A DNA stretch of 64,000 nucleotides from Phoronis australis. Its lineage: Eukaryota > Animalia > Phoronida. Below, one piece after another: positions 13,163 through 28,100 of the stretch. The notes under the pieces were generated by a model. It searched no databases and was not told the origin of the DNA. It worked only from the letters and a program-made list of their open reading frames with translations. Within the stretch, counting starts at the first letter, position 1, and each line of letters opens with the position of its first letter. The position numbers and the translations under genes were made by a program. The stretch covers positions 262,153 to 326,152 of the forward strand of contig NMRA01000274.1 in NCBI GenBank assembly GCA_002633005.1, given 5' to 3'.

Positions 13163-16100
13163 CTAAAATAAAAACATGACAATGGAAATAAATAAAACAA
13201 CAATGGAGAATTTTTATACAGTGCCCTCGGGTTCGTATTATCAAAGGTCATATGCATATGCAATACCACTACCATACAGCGACAGAGTGAAACGTAACAA
13301 ATCAGGTCAACGTGACCGAGCTTCGAATTTAATCACCACCACCTTCATAAACCACGGTAATGAACTGCTTCTCATTAAAATTTAAGATAGACTGTTTTTG
13401 CTAGGAAAAGGCATTTCATTTTTGATACAACAACCCCCTATAGGGAGTAATTCACTATATGGCAATGTTAGTGTTGTATGCTAAGACATTTTCAATTGTT
13501 GAGCTATGACACTAGCTTGAATAATCCTTTCAGACAAGATTATAAACAATGAAGCCAAAAGCTACATAGCCTTGGCTCATATTGTTCAAACTTACCCGAT
13601 ATTATTCAAGCTTGGCCAATAGTATTCAAGCTTGGCCAATAGTATTCAAGCTTGGCCAATAGTATTCAAGCATGGCCTATGTTATTCAAGCTTTCTGGGT
13701 CTACCTTATTCAAAGTTTCACAATAAACTTTGCTCACAATGTGGCAGATGTCTTAGTACACTTGTGTCTACCACATGAAATACTAAATTTTATCATCTGG
13801 TAAGAAACGCGTTTTACCTTTCGTGATGGAATTCGCTAAAGATAGCCAGCTTTAATAATGCCCCACTGGCCAGTTATCTCAATCAAACTTGGAATTCAAT
13901 GTTGAAAAAGGTGACACACCCAACAAGCGCATAATTCAAGACTTTTACAAGCCTGATTCAGCTTTCTTGTCACCAGTCTAACTCAAGCTAACTGAGCATT
14001 AGTTAGAAAGAGAACAAGGACATTCAAGCTTGGATAAAAATGACAAATACAGGGACAGACCATTAAACATGACTAAGCTTGGTCACATTAAGGTAAGAAA
14101 TTCAATGCATTTGACATGTAGTTCATGCAGCGCCTAATGTAAGTAAATACTTCTTGAGAAAACAAAAGGCAATGAGCAGACAATTCCTCGACGTATCCTC
14201 AGGAATGACCTTTCTCATGAGACAATAAGAAAAACAATAACAAGAACGATAATAGTATACCTTAATAATAATAATCATTGGAAAAATAATGCTAACACAC
14301 ATTGTAAAGCAATTTACCATACAGTGAAATCTGATCAATTTAAGGCCCAATTGTTCATTTCATAATTATATTTCCTAAAAATAAGTAGCACTAAATACAT
14401 GCTTTATCCTTTTTAAGTGTCCATACCTTTGCTACCAACAGGCAATGTTTTGAGAAATTGTGGACATTTCAAGCAATGGAACATTCAAATTTTGGCCATT
14501 ATTTTTACTGAAATTGGCGAGATCTCACTAAACTCATTATCAACCCACACTGAAATGTAAATCACAGTTTAGAAGCACAAATCAGAGAAAAAAAAGCAAA
14601 TTTGAAAAAAACTTTTTTAACAGAGACGAGGTAGACAAAACTTTACCGGCTGAGGCAACGTGTTAGTCGGTGAATTAGTTTCAATGGCAGCTATCTCTTC
14701 ACCATGCTGTCCTTTGGATGGTGTAACACTTGCTGGTCCCCAAACCCGTCGGACTCCTTTTAAATTCAATGCAGTTTCTCTAAAAAGTAAATTAAGAAGC
14801 AGCTTTAGAAATACGACTTCCAATCTTACACAAAATGTAAATGGTGACAGAGATAGCCTTAGATTCTTCACCATATGCAGGCTGGAAGGAAGATGCCAAA
14901 ATTTTCAAAAACGATAGTGCAAGTGTATCAGTGCTGTAGTTGTAACAAGAGCCACTTGCTACTTAAAGTTGTAGGAAGAAAAGGATAAGGTTTTGGTCCC
15001 ATTTGAAATTGAGGAAAGTTTTAGAGCTCAAATATGCAAAGGTTTATTCTTTGCTGTATGACGGCCAGTTAGAAGATACCAAAATTTCACAAGCCTTTAT
15101 GTATCAGTAGCGTACACAATGCTTCATAGAAAATTCCCTCGACTTTCCACCCAGTAAACTAACATACTTACAGGAAAAGTTTGTTAATCAAAGATTGTAG
15201 GAAAAGTTTGCAGTTCCAATTCCTGTTAAAACTGAGAAAAGTTTTGGTGTTAAACCAAGTTGAGTTTTTATCCAAATATATATCTGAGAGATATTTTTAG
15301 AAATTTTTGCTAGTGCACTGGGTGAATATTAAATGGGTTTATATACAGACATTTACAGCAGACAATATTGGGGGCAGCAGACATCTTCAACTTTATCGCA
15401 CCCTGATGCTAGCGTCTCCTGGTAGCCTCCAAACTGTGGATAGCACACTATTTCACAATTTCTTGCCTATCCCGGCGTCCACATAAATTAAGCCTTTACT
15501 CTTTAAGTAAGAAATAATTAATAACAACTCCAGAAGTTTTGATGTTGACACTACCAACTACAGCCCTGTGAGAGGAAGAAACACAATAATTTTTTCTCCG
15601 CAATTGCTTCTCACAATTTAGACTTTAATTATTTGAGTGACATTGAAAAACTTCAGGTTATGTTTCCCTCGACAATTGTCAAAATTTGTGAAAGAAGCCT
15701 ACTTCAGAAGAAATGATACGCTACTATTTAAATACATGTAGCATTGAAGGTGACAAATAAGCCCAAAGTGTTGGGTACATATGTGTCAACTGTATTGTAT
15801 TGTTGACATACAATAAATAAGTAACCGTGACTAACTACATATTTCTACATCAGTCTCAAGGGTTTGCATATAAAAGCAAATAAATGCATGACCAGGAGCT
15901 CCCATTCAAATTTCACTGCATTCATAGGGGGTATAAAGATCACTCTGATAAGGGGAGGTGTACACAAGACAAGTCATTCCATTGTGTTGCTCAGACAGGT
16001 TGCACAATAAAAGTTTGGACATATCAACAAAGGGCAGTTATAATGCCAATTATTTCTCTTTTCTTCTGATGTAGTTAACTGATTTTTCCTGTTAAAATGG

Positions 16101-19100
16101 CAACAGTCATTTACACAGGTCTTGTTTGTTTTGAGAACCTGCTTGATGCGACAAGTTTGGCGCAGACTACATCAAACCCCTAATAGAAAATTATTTGCCA
16201 AATTCCAGGAAAATCTGTCAAGAAACTCCAGATACTGAGAGGAAAACAAAGAAATCGAAAAATCAGAATGTGTTGAATACAGTAGTCCCAAAATGGAAAG
16301 GCACCGTCATCTCCATAACAGAAAGTTATTTTGCTAAATTTCCTGAAAAACTGTCAAGGAACTCTGAAGACAAAGGAGTAAAGGTAAAAACTAAAATTTC
16401 TACTGAGCGGCACTGCGAAAATCAGATCTGTCCAAAAGTCATGGTCAGCCATGTCACATTCATAGGAAAACACTAGTCAAATCCTTGTATTCACATCAGA
16501 AACGTATCTGCTAATTTTCATTTTGATCCTTTCAGTGGTTTGGCGAATAAACAGGTGGTAACTAAAAACGAACTCGAAAATAATAAACAAGAGCAACACA
16601 GAGCATTGAAATGCACCCACGAAGGCACAACAGTGTTGTTTCTTTGTATCATAAAAATGGCCACTAGTTTGCGCAAAATATGTTGAATCCATCCAAAATC
16701 GGGAACATGCCATCGTTTCTTTATAGAGAGCTATTTAGGAACTTCAGAGAATCAAAGGAAAACAGAAAAAAATAAATTGCCAAAAGGGGACACAGCATCA
16801 GTAGGATCCTTCTAAAAGTCGTTGTCGTCTCTTGTTAACTTCAAATAAATACACTCACTAAATTTAATAAAAACAGCAAAAATGGCCAGTAGGTGGTGCA
16901 AAATACCTCGAATCCATCCGAAAACAGGAGGATAGCGTCACTTCACCAATAGATACCTATATTCCAAATTTTATGAAAACCAGTTGAGGACCTTTGAGGA
17001 TACAGAGGTAAACGTAAAAAACCAAATTGCCACTAGGGGGCACACCAGTAGTTGAACCTGTTCGAAAGTTCGCTCATGCCCTCCCATCCACAAAAGAAAC
17101 ACATGTAAAATTTCATGGACATCATCAAAGGGTTTTGGAGTTAGAGCAGCGGATGCCGAGCGGAGGTGGATGTTGGCATAATGCGTCCACATATAAAAGG
17201 TGAGCGCATAACAAGGCTACTAGGACTGGCACAGAACCCGTCAAATTCATTTGAAAATGAAAACGCCTTGTTGTAACTTCACCGACAACCTATTTGCCAA
17301 ATTTCACGTAAATCATCCAAAGACCTCTAAAGATAGAGGCAAATGTAAAAAAAACTAAAATTGCCCATAGATGACATAGTGGCAGTTGGATCCATTCGAA
17401 ACTGAAACTCGCCCTCATGTCGTCATCTTCATAGAAGTACACCTGCTAAATGTCATTGAGTTCATGTAAGTGGTTTAGGAGGAAGAGCAGCCTACGCTGG
17501 ATGCCCAGACATAGATGACCACACGTACATAACATGTTGAATAACAAAAGGGAGAATGCAAAGGCAGTTTAGGAGGCTTGTTTTTAGGTCTAACACGACT
17601 GTTTATCTTTGGGAAATAGTGGACTAAGGGCTGACCTTGAGACATCTTAGGTATGCTGGAGGTGTAAAACACACCTTAACACAGACCAAGATGAACACTT
17701 ATCTAGGACAAGGTGTGGCATCAAGGATTGGAAACTGAAACTGGATTGAGTCGAGTAAACATGTCAATCTTTGACAGCTACAGTAAACAAAGTCACTAGA
17801 CTGTAACCTGGTACAACCACACATTTATAACAAAACCAACCTTGTTTCTGAATTAAGGATACACCTTCCACTTCATGTAACAGATATTAAAAACAATTGT
17901 CTGAATAAAAACTAATTCCCAATTATTTGTACTACTTAAAATGATGATATTAAATGTAATAACAGAAATAATACAAAATTTAAATTTATGTTTATTATCT
18001 GATAGAACACCAAAAAATGGTCTTCAAAGTTGAATAAGTTCAAATTACAAAAAACGCCTACAGGGTTAATTCGTCTAAACTTGAATAAAAAACAAAACAT
18101 CTTACACAAAGTTATAGAAGTAAAAAAATAGAAGTGAAAAGATAGAAGAAAAAATGACATATATATAGATGCTGAAAACGCACGAATAAGATACACCATA
18201 TCTTATATGTCAATTGTCATATAGTGTTTGATTTTACTTTATTACTGTTTCTGTTGACAAAGGAAGTTATTACATCCGAAAATTTCAGTTGATCCATTCT
18301 TGTTGTTTTATTTACCTATATATATTGAAAATATTACAATTTCCCAAGCTTTATCATTGTGTAATGAATACCATGAATACTGATAAACCTCACAAGTGGT
18401 TTGGAAAGTTTCCTTCCAAAAGATATTCCTTATTTTAGCAACAAAGCATGTCATAGTAATTGATATATCTCCAACACACCACAAACATCACATGTATGGT
18501 GATAGCCTTCCAGGGTCCTGTTTCAAGAAAAGTGAAATAAGACTTATGTCAGGTATCTTATGTTCCACACAACTATTTTTGAAAAATTAAATTTCACTTA
18601 AGCAAAAAGTGAAGTCTGAAAACACACATAACTGATAGTAAATGAGACAGTTTTATCAATTGTTTCTAGACTGTACTTATGTGCTCATAATTACTTGCCA
18701 AAACATTAAATTGGGAGTGTAAGACCAAATTTCTGTCTTACCGTATGTCACTTGTCCCCATGAAGCAGGCCCCAGTGTCCGGTTGCATGAAACAGTCCCA
18801 TCTAGGGACTCAATTAAGGTTTCCAAATCTAATGTGTACTTGTGACCTTGTGAAAATACCGATTGTCCTTTATCATAATGTTTTAGTTTCATTACTAAGT
18901 CAATTTTTGGCTTTGATACAAAGCAAGAGTGATTTTTACGTTGAATTCTCAATACAATTGAAAATAAGTAGGGAACTTTTCATGCAACAGGACTAAGTCC
19001 CTATTTATTTTCAATGAATTAAAGGCTCAGATTTTAGTTATTAGAAAATGTCATTAGTCAAAAAGGAGCTCATAGTAAAGATAAAATGATAGTAAAAGAT

Positions 19101-22100
19101 TACATCTGTGAGTAAAGAATGACACAAATATGCAGAAGATTTAGGGAACTTCGTTGAGTCCCTATTAGAGACTGTTTCATGCAACTGGGCACAGGAGACT
19201 GAAGGTTAATTAGGCACGTGTCATAATGCAGTGCAAGCAACAAATCATAAATGTGACACATTGTTTGAAAGTAATACAATAACAACAGTAGTGATAATCA
19301 AACTGTAAATTCATTGCCTTAATTTATTTAATTTTAATTTACTTTATTTGTTAACACATCTTTGGATGATCCAGAAATCACGAGGTCTGTTTTTGTCGTA
19401 AACATGCCTTTGAAAGGTTTCCAAAATCGCCAAATGGAAATTGGACATCATTAACTCGACAAACACTGTTTATTATTTTAATATAACATGTAGTTTTGGA
19501 TGAGTGTAGCCATTATCAGTCCGGAAAATCTCCCCAAACAAAAAAGTTTTTGACAAACTGTTAATGTCCTTGACACACCTTCGTCTGCATTTCCAAGCCG
19601 CCATTTCACCCAATTAACAACTCGTTGTCGGTCACTTTTCACAAGGGGGCGGAGCTTGCAATAGGTCAACCCAATGAGCTATAGGGTCAAGCTATCACCA
19701 GAATTTTGACTGACAGCTTAACTGACCAATCAGAATGCAACATTCTTGACACACCTTCGACTGCATTTCCATGTTGCTATTTTATTCGACAAACAACATG
19801 TTGTCGGTGACTTTTCACAACGGGGCAGAGCTTGTGATAGGTGAATTATGTGTTTTGTACCGTACTTATTATATTGAATAAAAAGTTGACAAAAAACACA
19901 GTATACCCTTATAATATAACAAATTGTTTTGCATGAGTGTAACCATTATCAGTACAGAAAAATCTCACCAATTTGGGACACACTATGGCCAACATGTGAA
20001 ATGTCATTGATAACTCTCTTCGTGAAAGATTTGTATCACTTAGTAATGCTTTTCCATTGTCAAAATATCCACCAAACGAAATTTTGGAAAATTGTGGGCA
20101 TTCAAAACTATGTCAGAAACCCTTAAAAAATTGGCGAAATGTCAATTCTCTGTGACTTATCTCTTGTGTGACAGCAAGTGCTCAAAGGGTATCACCAGAT
20201 AACAATTTCAACAATTTCCTGAGTGAATTTAGAGGATTAGAACTTCACTAAACTAACAGAATAGAGATAACACCAGAAGTGTTAGCTAATAATCGACATG
20301 TGGAGACAAGAGGTCAATGTGTATTGATTTGCAAGAGCTATTTGATATGTATCATGTCATAAAGCTGAAATTGGCCATCAAATGAAATCCTACATTAGTA
20401 GGGTTAAACATCAACTTTTGGCCTGGCGCAACTGATATGGAGCAAACTGATCGGTGTCAAGCGTCCGTTTACACACACAACTCACTAACTTTGGCAAGAC
20501 GGAAATTGTAGGCTGGAGAGTGGATCACACATGCGCAGGTTTACAAATGACGGGAGTTGAAGAGACAGAGAATCCGTATTCAGGTCATTACACAAGCGCA
20601 GTAGGATCCTTTCCACGTGGCAAAAGTTGTCACCGCGGTGTCAGTTTGCTCCAGTTCAGTCCCCTTTACACACATACTTGCGCTGGAACAACTCGTTCCG
20701 ATCCGTGTCAGCTGATCCATGACAACTTTTGTAGTGTAAACGGCACTACTGACACCCTAACCGATAAAGATTGGGCAACTCGACCGGTTTGTGTACCTCA
20801 GGATTTGCCGGTTTAGATCAAAGACACCATGACGCTGCTGAAGTTATCAATCTCTAGATAATGAGACCATCATAAACACGTTGGGGGGGGGGGGGGGCAA
20901 AAGTATTTTTGAACATTCATTTTGAAAGTTTGTCAATTGTTGGTGAATACCGTAGCTTGTGAAAAGCACACATGCCTGAATTTTGAATTTGGACAAGAAA
21001 TGTGAATATTACAACCTAAACCGTTTGTTTAATATTGCAATAATATGGTCGTCATTAATGCTGCTGGGTGTGCAACAACATAATTGGGTCAACTACCATC
21101 AGGCAGCAGTTGGGTTTTGAGCGCCAAGTGCCATCGTATAATTCTTGGCACGACTAAGGCGGCTCATATTTACATCAAAGCTATCATGCACCTTAATGGC
21201 TGCTATACATCTATTTTCATTGAAAAAATATTGTTTTGGTTGTTGTTTCATAACTGTGGGGTTGAAAGATGCATCTGCAAAGAAAAACTTGAGTTAGACC
21301 ATGACTACTTGGCGGTCGGAACACCATAACTATTTGGCGGTTGGAACATATTTTAGATGAGCGTGACAACCAAACTGTCACGTTCCTCACTTGACTGCAC
21401 TAACACTTCATTGACTAAAGCTTCATTGCACTAAACACAAAATATTACTGCACTGTTGCTATTCATTCCATCTAAAATTAAATCACTGACTCCTCTAAAT
21501 GCTGATCTGAGCCTGGTCATCATCTGGTAAACATTTAGCACTAACTATTCTCCTGGAGAGTAAAAATTAAGAAATTTCCACCTGTCATGATCTAATCTAG
21601 AATCACGCTCCATTAAACTTGTCAAGCAAGCCGTTTGTGTTGGTGGTTCAGCTGGTCAGAGCTTACAGCCACAAAAAGGAATCAACAGGTGAAAGTTAAG
21701 TCTAATTTCTCTGAAAGTCAGTCTTTTTTCTCCATTAGAAGCTTTTTGGTGAAAGTATTTCATACAAAACACATCTACTTCACGACATTTGTTGAAAGTC
21801 TGCAAATAGTGTTTTTAAATATTGGTTAGCCTCAGGTGCACTGTTTACAGCTGGATTACGTGAACTTATCATATGAAAGTAGACAATAAGAGAGCTGTAC
21901 TGTGTAAACATTGGTTTGCCACTGTCAAACTGATAAGGACACTGGCTGTATTCACTGACTAGCCCATCAAACATTCGGGATATAAAACTCATTGCACATG
22001 CGGATGAGTAAGGCTTGTCAGATTTGTTGCTTAAAGATGTTTTTCTTAGAAGTTATACAGTGACTCGCTGATGAGACAATGTTGAACACGTGCCAAATGG

Positions 22101-25100
22101 TGGAGAGAACTCTGCACTCATGTGAAGCTGTGAAACAACTTATAACCCTAGCGCATATGTAATTGGAATAACTTTTGGTCCGCTCACTCAAATCTGATCT
22201 TTTAGAGCGTCACTCAGCTTTAGTACCCATAAGTTTAGAACTTGCATCTTTTGAATTATGGTATAAGGTCTAAAATTCTTGTGGCCGAGAAATAATGTTA
22301 GCGCACAAATCAAAATCCACAATCTAAAAGCCTCTTAAGTCTTTGAGATGTTATTTGAGTTATTGTGACTTCATCAATTAAACCTTTATCGATTTTAAAT
22401 TCAAAGACCCAACCGTGTTAATTTTTCTTATTGAAATCCATTGTGAAGGTTATTTTCTTAAAATTTGAAGTTTAAAACTTTTTTAAACAAATCAAGTTAT
22501 TTACCAAGACTGCTGACCTGACTGTTGTTGGTGGTTCTAGTTGCCAGTTCCCTGTGCTACATGCCGAGTATAAATGACCCCTACCCACAAAATGAGCTAG
22601 TCCATATACCAGTACTCCTGTGTCAAGAAACATTGAATGCACGAGTTCTTCACTACCAAATGAATTTGAAAAGAATTTTGGCTATCAAATCTGACTAAAG
22701 CCCCTTCTGTGCCAAGCAATGGTTATCTAAGGACTGAAAAGAGTACACAAAAGGCTTACTTAGGCTAATGGCAGTGTAACTATATGTCTAAATTTGGATC
22801 AACTGAGATTGCAGGGGAGCTTCCACTGAATGCGAACCAGGAAGTACTGCTGAGATGTCTGCTGAAATCTAAACTGAGCTGTGACTCACCAGGGTCAGGC
22901 AAGAGAGACTGGCTGGTTTTATCTGCACTGAGAACCAATCAAGTTACAGCAAAGAAATGCATCCACAGTACCTTCATTCAGTTGCCTGCAAAAACTTATA
23001 GTCTACTGGTACTGATTTGAGGGATTTGCAATGAAGACGTCGCTAAAGGCACTGGTGTCTCTGGCAGCCATTCTACAGCAAGTGATCAGTGGATTGATGG
23101 CTGTAAACTGTCCAGCAAAATGCACATGTAATCCACGAACGAAGCATGTGAAATGCGACGGCAGATATTACAAGGAGCCTTTGCAAGAGATACCTACAGA
23201 TATTCCCACTGATACACAGTACCTTACATTGGACAACAGCATACTTACGACATTGAGAGAGAACTCGTTCGCTAATCTCACACAGTTGAAATTTCTATAC
23301 CTGAGAAACACCAGTATCAATTTTATTCAAGAGAACGCCTTTTTCGGATTAAACAATCTTCAACTAATTGACCTCTCGTGGAATGACCTGGGTTACCTAA
23401 ATAACAGTTTCACAGGAACTTTTGTTGGTGCCGAAAATTTAAAGGAGCTCGTACTGGAAAGAACAAACCTGACTTGTATACCGGATCAAGTATTGGCTAA
23501 ACTGAAAAAGCTCTCAGTGCTTGACTTGCAGAGAAATCTAATCACCAACTCAACTTTGGGAGAGGGTTTCCGAAAATTGACGGAACTGAAACAACTTAGC
23601 ATACGTCGAAACAATCTGGGTTCTTTGACAAACAGCAGTTTCTCGACGATCAGGCATTTGAAGCTGACACAACTCAACTTGCTGAGAAGTAAAATTTCAC
23701 ACGTTGAAGTTGGAGCATTTGCGGGATTCACGCATCTTCAAGAGCTGAACATATCTGAGAACAGCTTATACATGTCAAAGAAATCTGTTGACTTAATGTT
23801 GCAACAGCTTTGCCAAGCACCAATAAGGCGACTTGGCTTGAGCCGTACAAATCTCAAGAATATCACCGGGACTTTTTTGTGCTTCAGACAGTTGACTTTT
23901 TTGGACATTTCTGGAAATGAGTTCGGTAAACTAGAGGATAATACATTTATCAACCAAAATCGCTTGGTTATTCTGCAAATGAAGATGAACTTCAAGTTGA
24001 CTTTTTTCCAACCCAAAGCACTTAAAGGATTGACTACATTAAAAGTCTTAAACCTCTGCAAATGCAATATTTTGCACTTGCCTATTTTTGTCGACGAGCG
24101 AGGGAAATCATTTCTTCCCAAAATACAATTCATTGACCTCACTTTTAACAATATCCAAAAGACTGACAATGTGTATGGGCGGTCTCCTTTTGCCGGACTC
24201 GAGCAACTTACGTCTCTGTTCCTATCACATAATTTACTACAAGAACTAACTGACGATCTACTACAACCACTGCTGCAAGTCAAGTTTCTTCACATCGACA
24301 ATAATGAGATAAAAACCATTGGAAAACGTGCGTTCATAGGCCTAACAAACGTTCAATCTTTGACATTGAACAAAAACCCTTGGAAAGCCAGACAAGTCTG
24401 CTATTTTGCCAATCTAACAAGTCTTGAACACTTAATCCTAAGCGGAGTGTATTTACGAACGCTCAATGATTTTATCTATGATGACAGCTTCAAACCAGAA
24501 TGCCTGTTCCAAGGTCTTGCCAAATTGAAAGTTCTAGACTTGGGTTCTACAAACTTGAAAGGTTTGCCTGAACGACTGTTCAAAGATCTGACACAGCTGG
24601 AAAGTCTGATTTTACGACAAAATCAAATATCTGGATGGAACGATGTAGTCTTAGAAGATCTTAAGAACCTGCGCTCACTGGATGTAGCGATGAACCAAAT
24701 CCGCACTATTAACCAAAGCTCTCTCCGACCAGTGTTATCGACACTGAATCATTTTCAGGCATTTTCTAATCCCTATATTTGTGACTGCAACCTGACTTGG
24801 TATGTTGACTGGGTTCGCCAGATGCACACCAGTACAAGTTTCACACTCAAGATCTCATATAAGGTTCCGTACAACTGTTCAAATTTGAGACACAAAAGTC
24901 TACTGCTGTACAGACCAACATTTTTTGAATGTCATCGTCTGCTGATTATACTTTCTGGATCTGGCTTTGGTCTGTTCATAGTCATCTTGGCTGTTATTGG
25001 CCTACTTTATAAACACCGGTGGTATATTCGCTATTGGATATTTCTATTGAGATCAAGGCATTCCAGTCATTTGGAAGAAACCGACCGACTGTTGTACACC

Positions 25101-28100
25101 TATGACTGTTTCATTACATACAGTGGAGAAGACAGTAATTTGGTTATACAACAGCTATTGCCCAAACTCGAGAACGAATTTGGCTACAAGATGTGCATCC
25201 ATGAACGAGATTTCAAACTGGGCCGTGAAATCTCGGAGAACATAGCAGAGAGCATAGAAAAAAGCAGAAAAGTTTTAGTCGTGCTCACGCAGAACTTTGT
25301 CCAGAGCGAGTGGTGTAAATTTGAAATTAATCTCGCCCATGCTAATGCACTGCATAATGCTCAACAAGCGAGACAATCACTGATTATAATACTTGTTGAG
25401 GATGTCAGCTTTGAACACATGACTCCGATTCTTAGGTTCCTGATGAGGAAAAAGACATTCTTGGAATGGAGCGATGACACGCAAGGACAAAGAGTATTCT
25501 GGGAAAGGCTTAAAGATGCCATTCAACAGCGTAGCCAGGCTCCAAGTTTAGACGATGACTAAAACTGAAAGCTATGGTAATTTTTTACTAATACAGCACG
25601 AAGTATGGATTAGACAAAATTAAAGAAATTGTATTTTGTCAAGTTTCTCGATCACAAAAGAAAAGATAAATAACATCTTAGTCTTGATAAAAATGCATTA
25701 TTTGCTGCAAGATATTCAGCCTTTGAAAAATGGAAGAAAAGAATACTTTAGCAATTATTTTTGCACGAAATAAGCGTAAAATTAGTGAAATCATTGTAGC
25801 AAGGGATCCATTCATGGTAAAAGGTCAAGGTAATCAGACACAAAATACCATCATGGCGTCTAATTCTGCTAACAGCAACAAGAGCAACACGGAGCACTGA
25901 AATGCACTCACGACAGCACCACAACGGTGTGCTACTATTGGGCATTGACGTATATGTGGATAGCATGCATTCCCACAAAATCTTGAACAAGAATAGACTG
26001 ATGGAAAGTTACTGCAATCACATTCATTATCTCAGTCACAATTTGATGCTAAGGCTCACGTTCATTCCCAGCAATAACACAACAAAAAGGTTTTTCTCCA
26101 TCAAATGCATTTACACATTGGAGAAACCTTCATCAAATGTGCGTTTCTGCGATAGATTGAAGCTTGGCCCCTGAACTGATCACATGCTCCACCATGTAGT
26201 CATACCTGTGTCCGACCCATGAACCAGTGCCATTAGGGTCTATTAGAAATACAAAAACTGAAACATTGTGTGTTCGATAGCTATTACTACATGATCCGCA
26301 ATGCAACTTTTCATAATACTCAGTCGAACTCAGTTTTTGAGACCATTACAGCTCCCAGCTGGTGCAGAACAACACAGGCATCCTCGGCTTCTGATCGTTC
26401 CCAATACACTACATTAATTTTATACCAATATATATGGTGTATTTGGGACGATCAGAAGCTGAGGACGACTGTGGAACATCAGGAACTCCATTTAGTGCCA
26501 AAACAAAACTTAAGGTCACCGTGGTGCTTGTACTAATCAAAGCAAATGATATCCCGAGATGTGCAGGTCTTTGCCACAAGAAAACTTACTACATGGTGAC
26601 GGGTGCAGATTTCAAATACCGTATTCGCCCTAATAACCGCCCAGGGCTCTTAGAAAAGTTCGTTTCACGGGGGCGCTTATTGTAACCCAAGGAGGTTGAA
26701 ACCCGGTCTCCGAAAGGGGTGAAATTGGAAGCTAAAATTCATCATGTTTACGCTCTGTGACGTATATGTAATCTATGAAAGACTTTCTACAAAATTGTGG
26801 TGCATTAGTATCAAACTTTGCTGCTAAATTACAATTATTTTTTAATTACTGAAAATTGTGCTGAAATCCCAGGGCCAAAACTCGTCGACTGACTGCTACG
26901 CAGTCGTCGATATGGCGACTTGAATGCTAGACTGTTAAAACTGAGAAATTTCCAATGTCACGATCTGATCTAGTATCACATTTGAGTAAACTAGACAAAC
27001 AAGCCTATGTACTGGTACACAATGGCATGGTAGTAAGAGGGTCAGTTTGCTGTCACACAAAGAAATCAGTCAACCATTTTTCTCTTTCAAAGTTTTTTTA
27101 GGGATACTGTTACATAGAAAACACATCTTTACAACATTTGTTGAACGTCATTTGGAAATAGTATTTTTAAATATCAGTTACCGTCGGGTTCACTGTCTGA
27201 CATAATTGCTGGATTACGTGTCACTGAGCTTATCAGATGAACGCATACATTGAGAGCTGAACAATGTAAACATTGATTTGCCAACTTTCTCCCCTTGCTA
27301 TTGCTGTCGAACTGATAACGACAAGTCTGTATCCAGACTAGCTGATCAGTGAAATCGGGATACTCACTCCACAGAGTGGGAAAATAACGTACGAACAATA
27401 AGTGCGGGGTACAAGTTGTCACCCTTATTTACTATGTCATCTTTTTTGTAAATATTTTTCTGCCCAGTCTTTGTACATATCTTAGTTTCTTCTTTATTTC
27501 TTTATAAGTTTTTATAGGAAACTAGCACCCCTGCTAATGTTTGCTGTACAGTTGCAGTCCTGCATCCGACATAAAATAAATTTTGTTCTATTCTATTCTA
27601 TTCACTATTCTAAATACAACGATACAGATATGGACACTTGAAACTGCTTAGCATATCGGATGGAGTTACAGTGACCCGATAGCGTGGTGTCTTCGAAGTC
27701 AGTAGCGCCGTCCCAGTAGGGGCCACTTAGTCAAAATAACATCAATGGCTTATTCACTAAGATAGTGAACCAATTAAAGTCCGTGGTTCTTGCAAGCTGT
27801 GCAGGACTGGTTGGCAATTAAATGTAGATTCTTCTGACCAACAGCGACATCTTGGCACAGAGTGCCCTCACCAGGGAAGTAATATGTCTGTAGCTGCGCC
27901 ATGACAAATAGGGGATTATACCGGACTGCAAGGCGGCATTACACACCTAACTGATCAATTTGCATTTTTTAAATTAATGCGTTTGACCGGCACAACTCAC
28001 CGTGAAACAATCACTGTGACCCCCAGGAGGAAAGACATAACTATTGAGGTGGGGACAACATATCAACTAAAAAGGACAGACAAAGCTAGTGCAATGAATA

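Noticed and set aside
13601-13692. Regular short repeats here and at 44462-44636 resembling CRISPR arrays
   Set aside because: Head-to-tail units with no unique spacers, eukaryotic context and no cas genes.
17475-17672. Possible extra AP4E1 hinge exon in intron 16
   Set aside because: No convincing acceptor or phase 2-2 fit; exons 16 and 17 already join in frame.
20883-20897. G15 run upstream of the TLR
   Set aside because: Simple homopolymer with unreliable length and no supporting context.
22784-23020. 78-aa ORF ending just upstream of the TLR ATG (possible uORF)
   Set aside because: No recognisable domain. A possible acceptor at 22981 suggests most of it is intronic.
23486-24283. Antisense ORFs overlapping the TLR (and similar ones over the RT ORF)
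   Set aside because: Shadow frames of a real coding strand, with no domain signatures.
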